From: Sphyrna mokarran
Lineage: Eukaryota
DNA length: 64,000 nt
Assembly (NCBI GenBank): GCA_024679065.1
Contig: JAGIQG010000009.1
Location: 102,424,001-102,488,000 of the forward strand
Reading direction: 5' to 3'
The position numbers were made by a program, and so were the translations under genes. A model generated the notes under the pieces. The model was not told where the DNA came from and ran no database searches. It was given only the letters and a program-made list of their open reading frames with translations. The stretch's first letter is position 1. Each line of letters begins with the position of its first letter. Below are positions 1 through 13,365 of this stretch, piece by piece.

Positions 1-594
1 CATCCACTCATGACTTCCACTACTCAGAAGGAAAAGGGTTGAAGGTGGATAGGAACACTTTCTCCTCCAAGTCACATGCTGTCCGAACCCGAATATCTAT
101 CACAATTCCTTAAACATTGCTGCATTAAAAACCTGGAACCCTCTTCTTAACAACACTGGTGGTGAACCTACACCACAAGAACCTACACTACACGTGGGTT
201 TCCTCTGGGTGCCCAGGTTGCCTCCCACAGTCTGAAGATGTGTGGGTTATGTGGATTGGGTATGTTAAATTGACGTTAGTGTCAGGGGATTAGCAGGGTA
301 AATATGTGGGGTTACGGGAATGGGGCCTGAGTGAGATTGTGATCGGTGTAGACTCGATGAGATGAAATACTTCCTCCTGCACTGTAGGGATTCTATGATG
401 GCTGCAGTTTTTGAAAAAATGGGGATCATCATCACTTTGAGCCAATTAGTGATGAGTGGCCTTTCCACTGATGTCCACATATCAGGAACTAATGTATAAA
501 TCTGTACTTCCATGCAATATTCCTCAGCAAACTTCAGAGAATGACATCTGAATAACTTTGAAAGTAAATATTTTATCTGAGAAACCATACTTAC

Positions 595-649
595 CTGTCA
601 TAAATTGAATGAAGCCAATCAGAAGGATCAGTTTCAAGAAACAGTGCAT
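595..649 (-). CDS. Signal-peptide (leader) exon of a second gene continuing off the left edge
   Basis: ATG at 649, MHCFLKLILLIGFIQFMT+G, consensus donor CAG|gtaagt at 594. Phase 1, as is typical for Ig-superfamily leader exons. Confidence 0.78.
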
Positions 650-2107
650 TCTGTCTGGGGAAGCGTCACTCGAGATGGAAAAATCCTTGTGAAATGTTTT
701 TATTCACGGTCTGTAAACTTAGCAATTCAAATATATTAGAGACTGTGATGAAATGGCAATAAAAGTCTTGCATTTAATTCCTTTCATGACCTCAGGATGT
801 TCCAGAGTCTTTTCCAGCCAATTCAATATATTTCAGATGTAGTCACTGTTGGAACATATATGAAACTAAGAGCTAAGCTACTACAAGTAGAAAATGTGAT
901 AATCTTCAGATAATGTTTCTTTTCAGTGATGCTGGCTGTGGGATCAGAACCTCTGAACACCCTGATATTTCAGGCAGCGAAGTGGCACAATGATTAGCAC
1001 TGCTGCTTCACAGTGGCAGGGACACAGATTTGATCTCCGGCTTAGGTCACAGTCAGCGCAGAGACTGCACATTCTCCTCATGTCTGTATGAGTTTCTTCC
1101 AGGTATTCTGTTTTCCTCCCACAATCCAAAAGACGTGGGGGTTAGGATAATGACCGTGCTAAATTCTCTCTCTGTTTATCCGGACAGACACTAAAGTTGC
1201 AGTTTTAAGTAAGCTGACTTGTAACATCAATGAAAAAAACTTTAAACTTCAAAATAGTGTGTCAAGGATTTATTTTTATCTATGAGAGGAAAAAAGGGCT
1301 TAAGTTTAAAGTCTAACTGTAAAATAGCACTTCTGACCATGTAGCACTGCCAACAACACGACTCTGGTGTGCTAACCTCAAGTCTGCAGTAATTCAGTCT
1401 CGATCCTGAACGAACGTCCATACAGAAATATCGATTTTAGCATTGTACAAGCACAAACAAACACGTGCGCTGGGTGGAAAGGTGATTTAGTGGTTAGCAT
1501 TGATACCTCACAGCGCCAGGGACCAGGGTTCAATCCCCAGTTTGGATCACTGTCTGTGTGGAGTTTACATGTTCTTCCTGTGTCTGCATGGGTTTCTTTT
1601 AGGTGCTCTGGTTTCCTCTCGCACGTAATGAGATGCAATGTGGTTAATCTGTCATTCTCACAAAGCAATCGGTGACTAAATTATTTTGGCAGAGCTGCAG
1701 GTATGGGACTGCAAATGTAATGCAGTAACCAGAGGCCTAGATTGATTCTCTGAAGACACCAGTTCAAATCCTAATATAAGAATTTATATTCCATTACTTT
1801 ATAAATCTAGACAACAACAAAAGATTAGTCTTAGTAAAATTGATCAGTAAATGATTACATTGTCATGATAACGCATTTGGTTCACCAGTGTCCTTCCAAA
1901 ACCCTACCATACAGTCATACTCTCTGTGTTGGGGGTGACAAGAATTCAGAATATATTTCAGTGACCATCATCACGATGGCCCTGGTAGCACTATACCTAA
2001 ACCATTAACTGAATTCCCAAGTAATATATCTGGGCGTATCTGGCAAAAGTAGCCTGTGGAAAATGATGAGACCTAACAAGAGGGAAACTTCATCCTCAGC
2101 ACTTTAC

Positions 2108-2187
2108 CTCACAGATGCACCTGCCCATGACAGCATTTCTAGGAGTAACAATTGCACAAGCCCTTGTGGAGATAAAGTTCTGTCTTC
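2108..2187 (-). other. Candidate internal 5'UTR exon of the left-edge gene
   Basis: Acceptor acattttttacag and donor GAG|gtaaag bounding 80 bp of non-repetitive sequence. Confidence 0.4.
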
Positions 2188-2724
2188 CTGTAAAAAATGT
2201 AACCAGTGACAACTTTGTATTGGATCTAATGTGACAAATGGGAACAAAATGTAAGGGTCCGCTGACCCAATAAAACATGGAACCAATCACAGTGTAATGT
2301 AATAGTCAGGTGACCAGCTGATTGATTTTCAATAAAGAACTATACAAAATTGTGGGGAGTTTGGAATGGCTTAGGGTGAGGCCCCAAGTTTGGAGTAATG
2401 ATGTTTCTTTATTAAACCCTTTCTTTGATTTATAAGTTGGAGTATGTTTTGTTGTATTTTCATTAGCTGCATTTTGAAGAGTTCCTTTTGAAGGAGCAGA
2501 GGACACATTCCATCATGTTGTGTCATGCAACCTTTCAACTTGTAATAAGATGATTTGCTCCCTCCTTTCAGCCAGCTGAACTTTCAGATTCTGCTGGTTT
2601 CTTCTAATCACTCCAAACAATCAAGAAGTGGTTGAGTGCCAGAGTTCCAAGGTATCCAGATCACCACCAATCTGTCCTGGTCCCTCCATGCTGACGCTAC
2701 AGTTAAGAAATCCCCCTAATGCCT

Positions 2725-3105
2725 TTACTTTTCCATGGAGGCGAATGAAATTCCATAACAATTGTCAATTTTTACAGATGCACCATAGAAAGCATCCTTC
2801 CTGGTTGTAACACAGCTTGGTATGGGTCTTGCTTTGACCCAACCCACAAGAAACCACAAAGGATTGTGAATGTAACCCAATCCATTATGCAAACCAGCCT
2901 CCCATCCATTGACACCCATTTAAATTTCCTGCTGCATTGGGAAAGCAGAGCATAATCAAGAACCCCACACAACCTGGGCAAACTCTCTTCCACCTTTTTC
3001 CATCAGAAAAAAGATCCAAAAGTCTGAGATCACAACCTACTTAAGAACAGCTTTTGTCTGCTGCCATCAGACTTTTGAATGGACCTACCATATATTAAGT
3101 TGATT
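2725..3105 (+). mobile_element. Rex1/Babar-type LINE fragment
   Basis: Homologous to 17160-17470. Confidence 0.75.
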
Positions 3106-3119
3106 TTTTTTTAAATGTG

Positions 3120-4720
3120 ATCAAATCTTGACCCTAAGAATCTTCTCCAATAATTTGCTTACCACTGATGTAAGACTCACCAGCCTGTAATTTTCTGGAT
3201 TATCCCTGTTGCCCTTCTTAAACAAAGGAATAACATTGGCTATCCTCCAGTCCTCTGGGATCTCTCCTGTGACTAAACCGAATACAAAGATTTTGTACAA
3301 GGCCCCAGTAATTTCCTCCCCTACTTCTGTCAGTATTCTGGGATAGATCCGATCAGGTCCTGGGGTCTTGTTTACCTGAATGCTTTTCAAAACACCCAAC
3401 ATCTCCTTTTTTATATAGACATACATTAAAATATCAACATAGCCTCTCTAGACTCATCCACCATGTTGTTCTTCTTTGTCAATAGCGATGTAAAACATTT
3501 GTTAAGGACCTCCTCCACTTTCTCTGGCTCTATGCATAAATTCCATCCTTTGTCCTAGCTTTCCCCGAGTACCTACCTTCTTGCTTATATATGCAAGGCC
3601 TTGGGATTTTCCAAGGTTTTCATCCAATGTTCCTTAATTTTGTCATCCTGATCCTCCAGAAATGTATGGATTAGCTTGAGTGGCCATGCTAAATTGCTCC
3701 TTAACACCAGGGAGACTGGGGTAAATACACTGGGTTACGGAGAAAAAGTCTGTGTGGAATTGTTGTCAGTGCAGGTTCAATGGGTTGAAAGGCCTCCTTC
3801 TGCACCGTAGAGATTCTATAATTCATTTTCACAAGAACACGCTGGTCCTGAACTCTAATCAACTAGCCTTTAAAAGATTCCCACATGACAGATGTGTATT
3901 TACCTTCAAACAGCTGTCCCAATCTACATTCCCCAGTTCCTGCCTAACATTGCCTTCCCCCAATTTACTACTTCCACCCAAGGACTACATTTATCCATTA
4001 GTAGTTTAAAACGTAAGGAATTATGACTCACTTGATGAAGGAGCAATGTTCCCGAAAGCTCGTGCTACCAGATAAACCTGTTGGACTTTAACCTGGTGTT
4101 TGAGGCTTCATGGTCTAACGCTGGCATCTCTACGTTACGGAATTATGGTCACTGTTCCCAAAATGCACCTGCACTGAAACTTTGATCACCTGACCGGGCT
4201 CATTCCCCAATACTGAGTCTAATGTGGCCTCTTTTCAAGATAGACTATTTACATATTGCTTCAAAAAACCCTCTTGGACACACTAAAAAATTCTACCTCC
4301 AATCCCCACGCTCCCCCACCCGCTCATCTTCCCAGTCCAAGACGCTGGCACTAAGGGAATCACAGTCAATATAGGGAAAATTAAAATCACCCACAGCAAT
4401 AACCAGTCCATGTATCTGTTTCTCTATCTCCTGCAGGTTGTTGGGAGGCATGTAGTACAATCCCAAAGTGATTAGACCCTTCCTATTTCAGAGCTCTACT
4501 CCTATGGCCTTGCTGAATGAATCCTCCAAGGTGTCCTCCCTCACTACAGCTGGGATAGTCTCCATAATTAGTAATACAACTCTCCCACCTCTTTCTTACA
4601 CCACTCTCTAATGCACTTGAAACATCTAAATCCTGGAATGATAAACTGCCACCTTGTTACTGTCTCAAGCAAGTGTCTGTAATAGTTACAACATCAGAGT
4701 TAGAATCTCCAAGTTCATTT
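3120..4720 (-). mobile_element. CR1 LINE remnant interrupted by SINE and pLTR fragments
   Basis: ORF 3121-3426 PGPDRIYPRIL...DWRIANVIPLFKKG...NYRLVSLTS; degenerate upstream ORF2 sequence to ~4720. Confidence 0.8.
4026..4138 (+). mobile_element. Solo Penelope pLTR fragment with degenerate hammerhead, nested in a CR1
   Basis: Matches 12737-12830. Flanking direct repeat ggaattatg at 4017-4025 and 4139-4147. Confidence 0.8.
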
Positions 4721-4755
4721 GTCTTATCTATCAAGATTCTCATGTTAAAATAACA

Positions 4756-5100
4756 AGGTGGCACAGTGATTAGCACTGCTGCCTCACAGTGCCAGGGACC
4801 TGGGTTCATCTCTGGTTTTGGGTCTCTCTGTGTGGAAACCACACCTTCTCCCTTGTGTCTGCATGGGTTTCCTCCAGCTGCTTCAGTTTCCTCCCACAGT
4901 CTAAAGATGTGCAGGTTAGATTTATTGGCCAAGCTAAACTATCCTTCAGTGTACCAAGATATGTAGGTTAGGAGGAGGGTGGGATTAGTGGTAGAAATAT
5001 GTGGGGGTTACAGGGATAGAGTCCAGGTAAGATGCTCTGACAGAGTTGGCGCTGACTCAATGGGCAAATGGTCTCCTTCTGCACTGTAGGCATTCTGTGA
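4756..5100 (+). mobile_element. HE1/V-domain tRNA-derived SINE (representative; dozens of copies across the window on both strands)
   Basis: tRNA-like head ggtggcacagtgattagcactgctgcctcacagtgccagggacctgggttc, V-domain gggtttcctcc...ctcccacagtc, CR1-like tail. Similar copies at ~193, 975, 1478, 5200, 6405, 7413, 7913, 13567, 14957, 19720, 20180, 26158, 27375, 28800, 37797, 43190, 47436, 50570, 51120, 53655, 55630, 58132, 58868. Confidence 0.9.
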
Positions 5101-5199
5101 TCCTAAAAACATTTCAGACCATCAGTCCTGCCACGTTCAGTAACCTTTCCCTGCCTGTTCTTCTTAGTCTTGAAATCCTCCTCAGGCATTTCACTTGCT

Positions 5200-7010
5200 C
5201 ACCACAGTAGTTAGCATTGCTACCTCACAGTGCCAGAGACCAGCTTGGGTGTGGAAATTGTGTGGATTTCCTCCGGGTGCTCCAAAAGATGTGCTGGTTA
5301 GGTGCATTGGCCTTGTTAAATTCTCTCTCAGTGCGCCTGAAGAGGTGAGAGGGGATCTTCACAATAGCCTCATTACAGTGTTAATGTAAACGTACTTGTG
5401 ACAATAAATAAATATACTTTAAACTTAAATTTATCCCCATTATTACTCCATCAAAACATTCCAACAGATTAGCAGACACGATCTTGCCTTCCCTTAATCT
5501 TATCTAACTTTTCACTTACCTCTTGGTATTTTTCTTTATGGGGCAGTGCCCCACCTTCTGGTACAGAAATAGTCCTTTGCAATTAAACTCATTTAGCAAT
5601 TTTAACAATCGTACAAAAGTTTGTATTTTAACAGATAATCAATATTAACAAAATCGGTAGCTCGGCCACTCATTCATTCAATAATGTTAAAGTGTCTGCA
5701 ATCTGACTGTGCTGATCTATCACTCGGTTACCACATGTTTCATCCAAATATTTTCCCTTTAATATCAGTAACCTCCTCCCCAAAGTCCCGTTTTTTGCCG
5801 CGCCTCCAAACTATAGACAGAGCTAAACGGTGGGCTCAGAAACTCCCCACTCGCACCTCAGACGCTAATATTCAAATCCTTGTGAAGCTTTACTCACTCG
5901 AGATAGTCTGGAGCCGATCTCATCTAATCTGAGCACCAAGGAAATATATAGCGAATCTTGCTCCTCCCACAAGATTTTATCCACCACATGCGCGCATTTC
6001 ATTTCCTCCGACAGATGAGCTGTTTGACGCGCTTCCAAAGTTTGGCATTTTTCCACAAAAATGCAGACAATATCTGAGTCGTACTGAAAATGCACCCAGG
6101 GAACATCGCTCTCCCAACCCTCCCATTTTGAAACAGCAAATTATTGCGGATGCTGGAAATCAGAATTTTTTTTAAAAAAATCCAGAAAATGCTGGAAGTA
6201 GTCAACAGGTCCGGCAACATCCGTGGGGAGAAGCAACTTCTCTCCACAGTTGCTGTCAGATCATTGCATGCCACCCGTTTTTAGTCATCCTATAATCATC
6301 TGTTTTAAAATTTCAAACTGTTCTATTCCAGAAGAGGCCTCGACTTTATCTTTTCATTAGATACACTTTGAACATTCTCTTAAACCTTTACAGATAATAA
6401 TAGTTGGCATGATGGCATAGTGGTTAGCACTGCTACCTCACAGTGCCAGGGACCCGGGTTCATTTCCCAACTTGGATCATTGTGCAGAGATTGCATGTTC
6501 TCCCTGTGTCTGCGTGGGTTTCCTCCAGGTGCTCTAGTTTCCTCCCACAGTCCTAAAGAAGTGTTCGTTAGATATATTGGCCATGTTAAATTCTCCCTCA
6601 GCGTGCCTGAACAGGTGAGAGAGAATCTTCACAATAATTTCATTGTGGTGTTAATGTAAGTGTACTTGCGACATAAATAAATAAACTTAAATTTATCCCC
6701 ATTGTTACTCCATCAAAACATTCCATCAGATTAGCAGACACAATCTTGCCTTTCCTTAATCTTATCTAACTTTTCACTTACCTCTTGGTATTTTCCCTTA
6801 TGGGACAGTGTCCCATCATCTGATACAGAATAAGTCTTTTGCACATTAACTACCCCACCCTCTGGTACAGAACAAGAGCTTTGCACATTAACTAGCACCC
6901 TCCGGTACAGAATCTTTGCGCATAAACTCATTTAGCAATCCTAACAAACATACAAAAGTTCATATCTTAACACAGATAATCGATAGTAACAGAAATCGGC
7001 GGCTCAACTA
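5200..7010 (+). repeat. Direct duplication (5200-5670 vs 6410-7010)
   Basis: Same SINE plus unique flank aaatttatcccc...cacttacctcttggtatttt...aaatcgg; second copy has three ~39-bp internal repeats. Confidence 0.88.
5780..6130 (-). promoter_or_regulatory. Candidate promoter/first non-coding exon with ETS-IRF composite motif
   Basis: Locally CpG-rich unique sequence. GGAAATGAAA on minus strand 5997-6006, TATA-like tatatat near 5944-5950, donor A|gtgagt at 5897. Confidence 0.45.
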
Positions 7011-9819
7011 CATCTTTGTGTTACAAAGCTAATCTTACCACTTTTGTTCCATATCAGAATCGCAGTCTTATCTTCATCAAGTTAGTATTTTGTTTTTTTG
7101 TGAAAGCTGATGCAGTACCTGAAATGCTCTCCTATAGTTCTCATTGAACCAACGTTGGCCTTCTGGCGTAATGGTAACAGTAGACTGGGGTTTATACTGC
7201 ACCATTGCAAACTGTGGTGCTGCTGTTTATAGTCGACAATGCTTCAAAGATGCTCAATTTGATGAGAAGATCTGTTCTGAACCTATTTAGTGTGGTGACT
7301 GGAGAGTTTCCCCAGTGTCTCTATCAATTTGTGTGGCAAATTTTCAAGACTGGTTTATCCATTCCTTACGTGCATTACTCACAAGCTCCTTTCTCAGCTT
7401 CTTGTGGGCAACAAGGTGGCACAGAGATTAGCACTACTGCCTCAGGGAACCTGGGTTTGATTCCCCGCTGGAGGTCACTGTTTGTGTGGAGTTTACACAT
7501 ACTCCTTGTGTCTACATGGCTTTCCTCCAAGTGCTCCGGTTTTCTCCCACAGACCAAAAATTGGGGGTTAGGTGGATTGGCCATGCAAAAGCCTAATCCT
7601 GTTTTCTCCCCATAACTTTTGACCCCTTTCAACCCATGTGCTATATCCAGCTGCCTCTTGAATACATTCAGTATTTTGGCATCAATTACTTCATATGGTA
7701 ATGAATTCCAAAATTCATAATGATTTCCTTCCCTAAAGAAGATTAGTGAACCAGATGGGTTTTTCCTGACAATCATTTCACATTTATCAGTAGATTCTTA
7801 ATTTCAGATATTTTTATTGCCGTAGTGGGATTTGAACCCAAGTCCGCAGAATGTTAGCTGAGTTTCTGGATTAAAGGTCTGGCGATAATACCATTAAGCT
7901 ATCACCTCTTCCATGGTGGCACAGCAGTTAGCATTGCTGCCTCACAGCCTAGAAAACCTGGTTCAATTCTGGCCTGATTCACTGGCGCTTGTGTTTTCCC
8001 CTTGTCTGTATTAGTTTCCTCTGGGTGCTCTCACAGTCCAAAGATGTGTAGGTTAGATGGACTGGACATGGGAAATGTGTGAGATTATGGTGATAGGGCA
8101 GGGAGAGGGCCTGGGTAAGATACTCTATCAGAGAGTTGGTGCAGACCTGATGGGCTGAATGACCTCTTCTGCACTATAGGGATTCCCTAAGTGGGAGTAG
8201 TCTGCACACCCAGTGTCCAGGAGCATTCTGACCCTCCATATTTTGGTTAAAATACCCCTTGTTACATGAATGTAAAAAGCAGATAAAACACGACGGTGGT
8301 GTTAAAGTCACACCATGGAAATACATGACAAATATTATCTCTCCTGTTTATATTAGCTTTCCTAAAATGCTGTTCTGGTTTACTTATTGAGGCTGAGTTG
8401 ACTGAAATAGTTACAACTTTTTTTTAAACTGAGGTTCAAGCATTATCAGTTGCATTGAGATTCCTGGAACAAGAAATCAAAATATGACATACACAGAAAG
8501 CACAGAAAATCATGGTCTTTAGTTGAAGTTCCTTTAAGTTTTATTGTTTGTCAGGCTGAATTAATTTGTTTAAAAATAAATCCAAATAAATGTCATTTTG
8601 TTTTAAGATCCAAATTTAAGGTTCCCATTTACTCAACAGCTATAACTTGCAATTTCCACTATTTACTTAACCCAACGAGGATATCATGAGTTAATCACAA
8701 TTACATTGACAACGCACCAGAAAATTGAAGAGTTTCACTATGTGTTGCTGGGTTTTTCCCTGGTAACTGAGAAAACAGATAATTAAACTGGAGTTTGTGT
8801 GTCTAGGGGTGGGATGGGGGGAGAAAGTGGGAACATTGATCTTTTTTAATTTGATTTATTATTGTCACATGTCTGAAACGTGGAAGTGACAGATTGCTCA
8901 GGATTGTACACAGTGGAGGATTGTTTTCCAATGGACTGTGGGGGTTTCCTCTTTCCTGAGGCTGTCTCAGGCAGTGTCTGATATCTGGGGCAATATATAA
9001 AAGCTGTGACTCTTGTGACCCCTACTTCTCTCAGGAGGATGGGAGATTTCCCCCAAAGCACAGAAACTCACACCTATATACTATTAAAATCTCAGTCGAG
9101 GGTATGGGTACAATTGGCTTGATGTGGAGATGCCAGCGTTGGATTGAGGTAAACACAGTAAAAAGTCTCACAACACCAGGTTAAAGTCCAACAGGTTTAT
9201 TTGGTAGCACAAGCCACTAGCTTTTGGAGCACTGCTCCTTCGTCAGGTGAATGGAATTTCAGTTCACAAACAGAGCATATAAAGACACAAATTAATAATG
9301 GTTGAAATGCGAGTCTATACAGGTAATCGATTCTTAAAGGTACAGACAGTGTGAGTGGAGAGAGGGTTAAGCACAAGTTAAAGAGATGTGTATTGTCCTC
9401 AGCCAGGACAGTGGTGAGATTTTGCAAGCCCAGGTGAGTTATGAGGGTTACAGTTAGTGTGATATGAACAGAGCAACACTCCAAAAGCCAATGGCTTTTG
9501 CTACCAAATAAACCTTTTGGACTTTAAACTGATGTTGTAAGACTTCTTACTGTGTTTACCCCAGTCCAATGCTGGCATCTCCATATCATGGTTACCATCC
9601 TCACTGCAAACTGCCGCCTTCAAACAGAGGGGATCTCCAAGAAGATCGCGCATATTGACCCAGACATTAAATTACTATAAAGATGCAAGAAAGCAGACAA
9701 GATACCAAAAAGACTACAAATCACAAACCCACTCAGGTCAACCTATAACACAGACTACGCTGAGAGATTTTGCCATCGCACCTCTCTCACACTCCTTAAC
9801 AACCTCATATACCAGCTCT

Positions 9820-10170
9820 AGATCAGCTGGATAGTCAATATCTTTTCACAAAGGTAACGGAGTTTAAAACTAGAGGGCATAGGTTTAAGGTGAGAGGTGA
9901 GAGATACAAAAGTGTCCAGAGGGGCAACATTCTCGCATAGACTTTGGTGAGTGTCTGGAACAAGCTGCCAGAAGTAGTAGCAGAGGCGAGTACAATTTTG
10001 TCTTTTAAAAAGCATTTAGATAGTTACGTGGGTATAATGGGTATGGAGGGATATTGACAAATGCAGGCAATTGAGACTAGCTTAGGGGTTTTAAAAATGA
10101 AAGTGTGTCATGGACAAGTTGGACGAAAGGCCTGTTTCCATGCTGTAAACCTTTATAACCTGTATGACCT
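9820..10170 (+). mobile_element. CR1 3' end nested in the Penelope element
   Basis: actagagggcataggtttaaggtgagagg...ggcctgtttccatgctgta; Penelope ORF resumes after it. Confidence 0.85.
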
Positions 10171-12739
10171 CTACATCAAAGGCTGCATTCTGGAAACCAA
10201 GATAGAGTCCATATTCTCAGCTTGCGCTCAGGATGCAGACATGCTGCGAAACTCTGCCAAGCAGATAAGACAAAGGTGTCATTAGAAACTTGAGAAATTC
10301 AATATCACCACCAGCAGCACCCAAGCCTCCCCCACAGTACCACAGTAGAAAACAGTACCACTGCAGGGAACTACACACTCAACCAAATTAAAGTTTTCAG
10401 CAAAGGGTTCAATTTCGGCCCCACCACCAAAGTAGACCCCATCAGTCTCGCAACAGACACAGGGGAATTCATAGACAAATGAGGCTGCGGGAGTTCTTCC
10501 ACAAACCTCAAGGGGCCAACAGTGAACACAACGAGACAGCCACTGAGCCAGAACAGCTGTCATAGCGAGATTGGTGGCGCAGCAATCAAAGAGAAAATAG
10601 TCGAATTAGACTCCTCCGGAAGGCCGCTGCCCTCAACTTGACATGTATGTATGTGTGTCAAGGAGGTGTGTCAATGCCAAATTCATCAGCCGCACTCATA
10701 AGAGAACCCCCGAACGTCACCCAAGCACAGCACAGCACCATCTGAGCTCTCAAGATCAACCGCAACACTGTCATCAAACCAGCAGACAAAGGAGGGGCTA
10801 ACATCATACTGAACAGAGTGGATTACTGCAAAGAAGTGTACCAACATTGAAACAATGAGGAATGTGACAGTTATCCTCAGATCCAATCAAAGAACACACC
10901 CGTCACTAAGACTGATCAAGTCATTTGATCCAGACTTTCAGAACACCCTCCGTGCTCTCATCTCACATATTCCCCGCATTGGAGATCTCTACTGCCTCCT
11001 GAAGATACACAAGGCAAACACCCCTGGCCATTCCATCATATTGAGCAATGGGACTCTGTGTGAGAACCTCTCTGGCCATGTCGAGGGCATCCTGAAACCC
11101 ATTGTACAAAGAACCACTAGTATTTGATTCAACACTACAGGCTTCCTCCAGAAACTCAGCATAAATAGAGCAGGTGAACCAGGGACACTCCTCATCTCTG
11201 TGCTCTACGCCAGCATCCCCCAGGAAGATGGCATTGCTGTAACTGCCTCAGAGCTCAACACTGACAACTGCCAGTTTCCAGATGCAACTTTACAATTCAT
11301 CCGCTTCATCCTAGACCACAATGTCTTCACCTTCAACAACCAGTTCTTCATCCAGACACATGGGAAAGCCATGGGGACCAAATTTGCACCTCAATATAAT
11401 AACATCTTCATGCACAGGTTCAAACAAGATTTCTTCACCACACAGTACCTTCAACCAATGCTATAAACTAGACACATCGATTACATTTTCTTCCTTTGGA
11501 CTCATGGTGATCAATCACTGAAACAACTATATGATGACAGCAACAAGTTCCATCCCACCATCAGACTCACTATGGACTACTCTCCGGAATCGGTTGCATT
11601 CTTGGACACACACATCTCCATCAAGGATGGTCACCTCAGCACCTCACTGTACCGCAAGCCCACAGATAACCTCACAATGATCCACTTCTCCAGTTTCCAT
11701 CCTAAACACATTAACGAAGCTATCCCCTACGGACAAGCCCTCCTTATATGCAGAATTTGCTCAGATGAGGAGGATCACAACAAACATCCCCAGACGCTGA
11801 AAATGGCCTCATAAGAACAGAATATGTCGCTCGACTTGACTCGAAAAACTGCACTGACCTCCTCAGAAGACAAACATGGGACAAGGTGGACAGAGTAACC
11901 TTTGTCATCCAATATTTCCCCGGAGCACAGAAGCTACAACATCTTTTCTGGAGCCTTCAACATGTCATTGATGAAGACAAACATCTTGCCAAGGCCATCT
12001 CCACACCCCACTTCTTGCCTTCAAAAAATTGCACAATCTCAAACAGAACATTGTCCTCAGTAACTATCCGCCCTTCAGGAGAACAGTGACCACGACACAA
12101 CACAACCCTGCCACAGCAACCTCTGTAAGACATGCTGGATCATCAACATGGATGCCATCATCTCACGTGAGAACACTATCCCTCGGGTACATGGTACATA
12201 TACTTGCAACTCGGCCAACATTGTCTACCTAATACGCTGCAAGAAAGGATGTCCTGAGGCACGGGTACATTGGGGAGACCATGCAGACGTGATGACAACG
12301 GATGAATGAACATCGCTCGACAATCACCAGGCAAGAATGTTCTCTTCCTGTTGGGGAACACTTCAGCGGTCATGGGCATTCAGTCTCTGATCTTTGGGTA
12401 GGAGTTCTCCAAGGCGGCCTTCATGACACACGACAAAGAAGAATCACTGAGTAGATAATGATCGCCCTAGTACCACATACGAGGACAGCCTCAACCAGAG
12501 TCTTGGGTTCATGTCACACTATCTGTAACATGCGTAACGACTTGCCTGGGTTTGCAAAATCTCACTAACTATCCTGGCTGGAGACAACACACATTTCTTT
12601 AACCTGTGCTTAACCCTCTCTCCACTCATATTGTTTGTACCTTTAAGACTTGATTACCCATAAAGACTTGCATTCCAACCATTATCTTGTAAATTGAGTT
12701 TGTGTCTTCACTTACACTGGTTGTGAACTGAAATCCCAC

Positions 12740-12776
12740 TCACCTGATGAAGGAGCAGCACTCTGAAAGCTAGTGG
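12740..12776 (+). ncRNA. Hammerhead ribozyme motif in Penelope 3' pLTR
   Basis: CAC-CUGAUGA-A-GGAGCAGCACUCU-GAAA-GCUA-GUG. An antisense copy at 9211-9249 has GAAA mutated to AAAA. Confidence 0.7.
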
Positions 12777-12973
12777 CTTGTGCTACGAAATAAACCTTTT
12801 GGACTTTAACCTGGTGTTGTGAGACTTCTTACTACAATTGGCTTCACAAGTTTCTTATTGTTATCCCAGTGTTTGCTAATGATCAGCTTTTAACCTCCCT
12901 TTTGCAGAATGCGCCTAACTCTGAGGAAAGCCATGCTCTTCTAATAGCATCTTCCGAAAGATATTTTTTGTTT

Positions 12974-13365
12974 ATCATCCCCTCCTACCCGTTGCGGAGG
13001 AAGCCAGGAAGGAGGAGGACCTCCTTGTGAACCTGCTCCTGGGCCTGGCAGGTTCAGGAGGCGGGCAACCAAGAGTTTCTTTGGACTCGACTATCTGTCC
13101 CTTTATGATGGCTATATCCGCAGCCATAAGTCCCTGGAGAGGGTGTATGTGGTGTACAAGGGCACTGTTAACACCTTCCATGCCTACTGGGCACCTCAGG
13201 GATTGGGGTGTATTACTAAGCCCTTTAGTCACATTTTGATTTCATGTTTTAAGTTTCCTTTCCACCTTGTCTTTTGTTTCAGGCACTTCCCCTCCTTTTG
13301 GGAGCTGTCCCTTTTAATTTGTCCCTTCATTAATTTGATTTAGTTTTTTTGGTTGGCCAGAAAAA
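12974..13365 (+). mobile_element. Tx1-like LINE 3' fragment
   Basis: RKEEDLLVNLLLGLA motif typical of Tx1 ORF2 C-terminus, followed by T-rich 3'UTR. Confidence 0.65.

Larger units (their letters stand above)
9121..12832 (+). mobile_element. Penelope-like retroelement (RT + GIY-YIG), degenerate, with inverted pseudo-LTR
   Basis: Frameshifted ORF from ~9588 homologous to the ORF at 35444. GIY-YIG motif NIVYLIRCKKGCPEARYIGET near 12215-12280. Inverted pLTR 9121-9468, sense pLTR ~12500-12832. 12-bp TSD tacaattggctt at 9109-9120 and 12833-12844. Confidence 0.93.

Noticed and set aside
587-597. ATACTTACCTG, identical to the 5' end of U1 snRNA
   Set aside because: Following sequence does not match U1; it is the reverse complement of a consensus splice donor.
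4756-4830. tRNA-like sequences with A and B boxes (many copies)
   Set aside because: These are SINE heads running into V or Deu domains, not tRNA genes.
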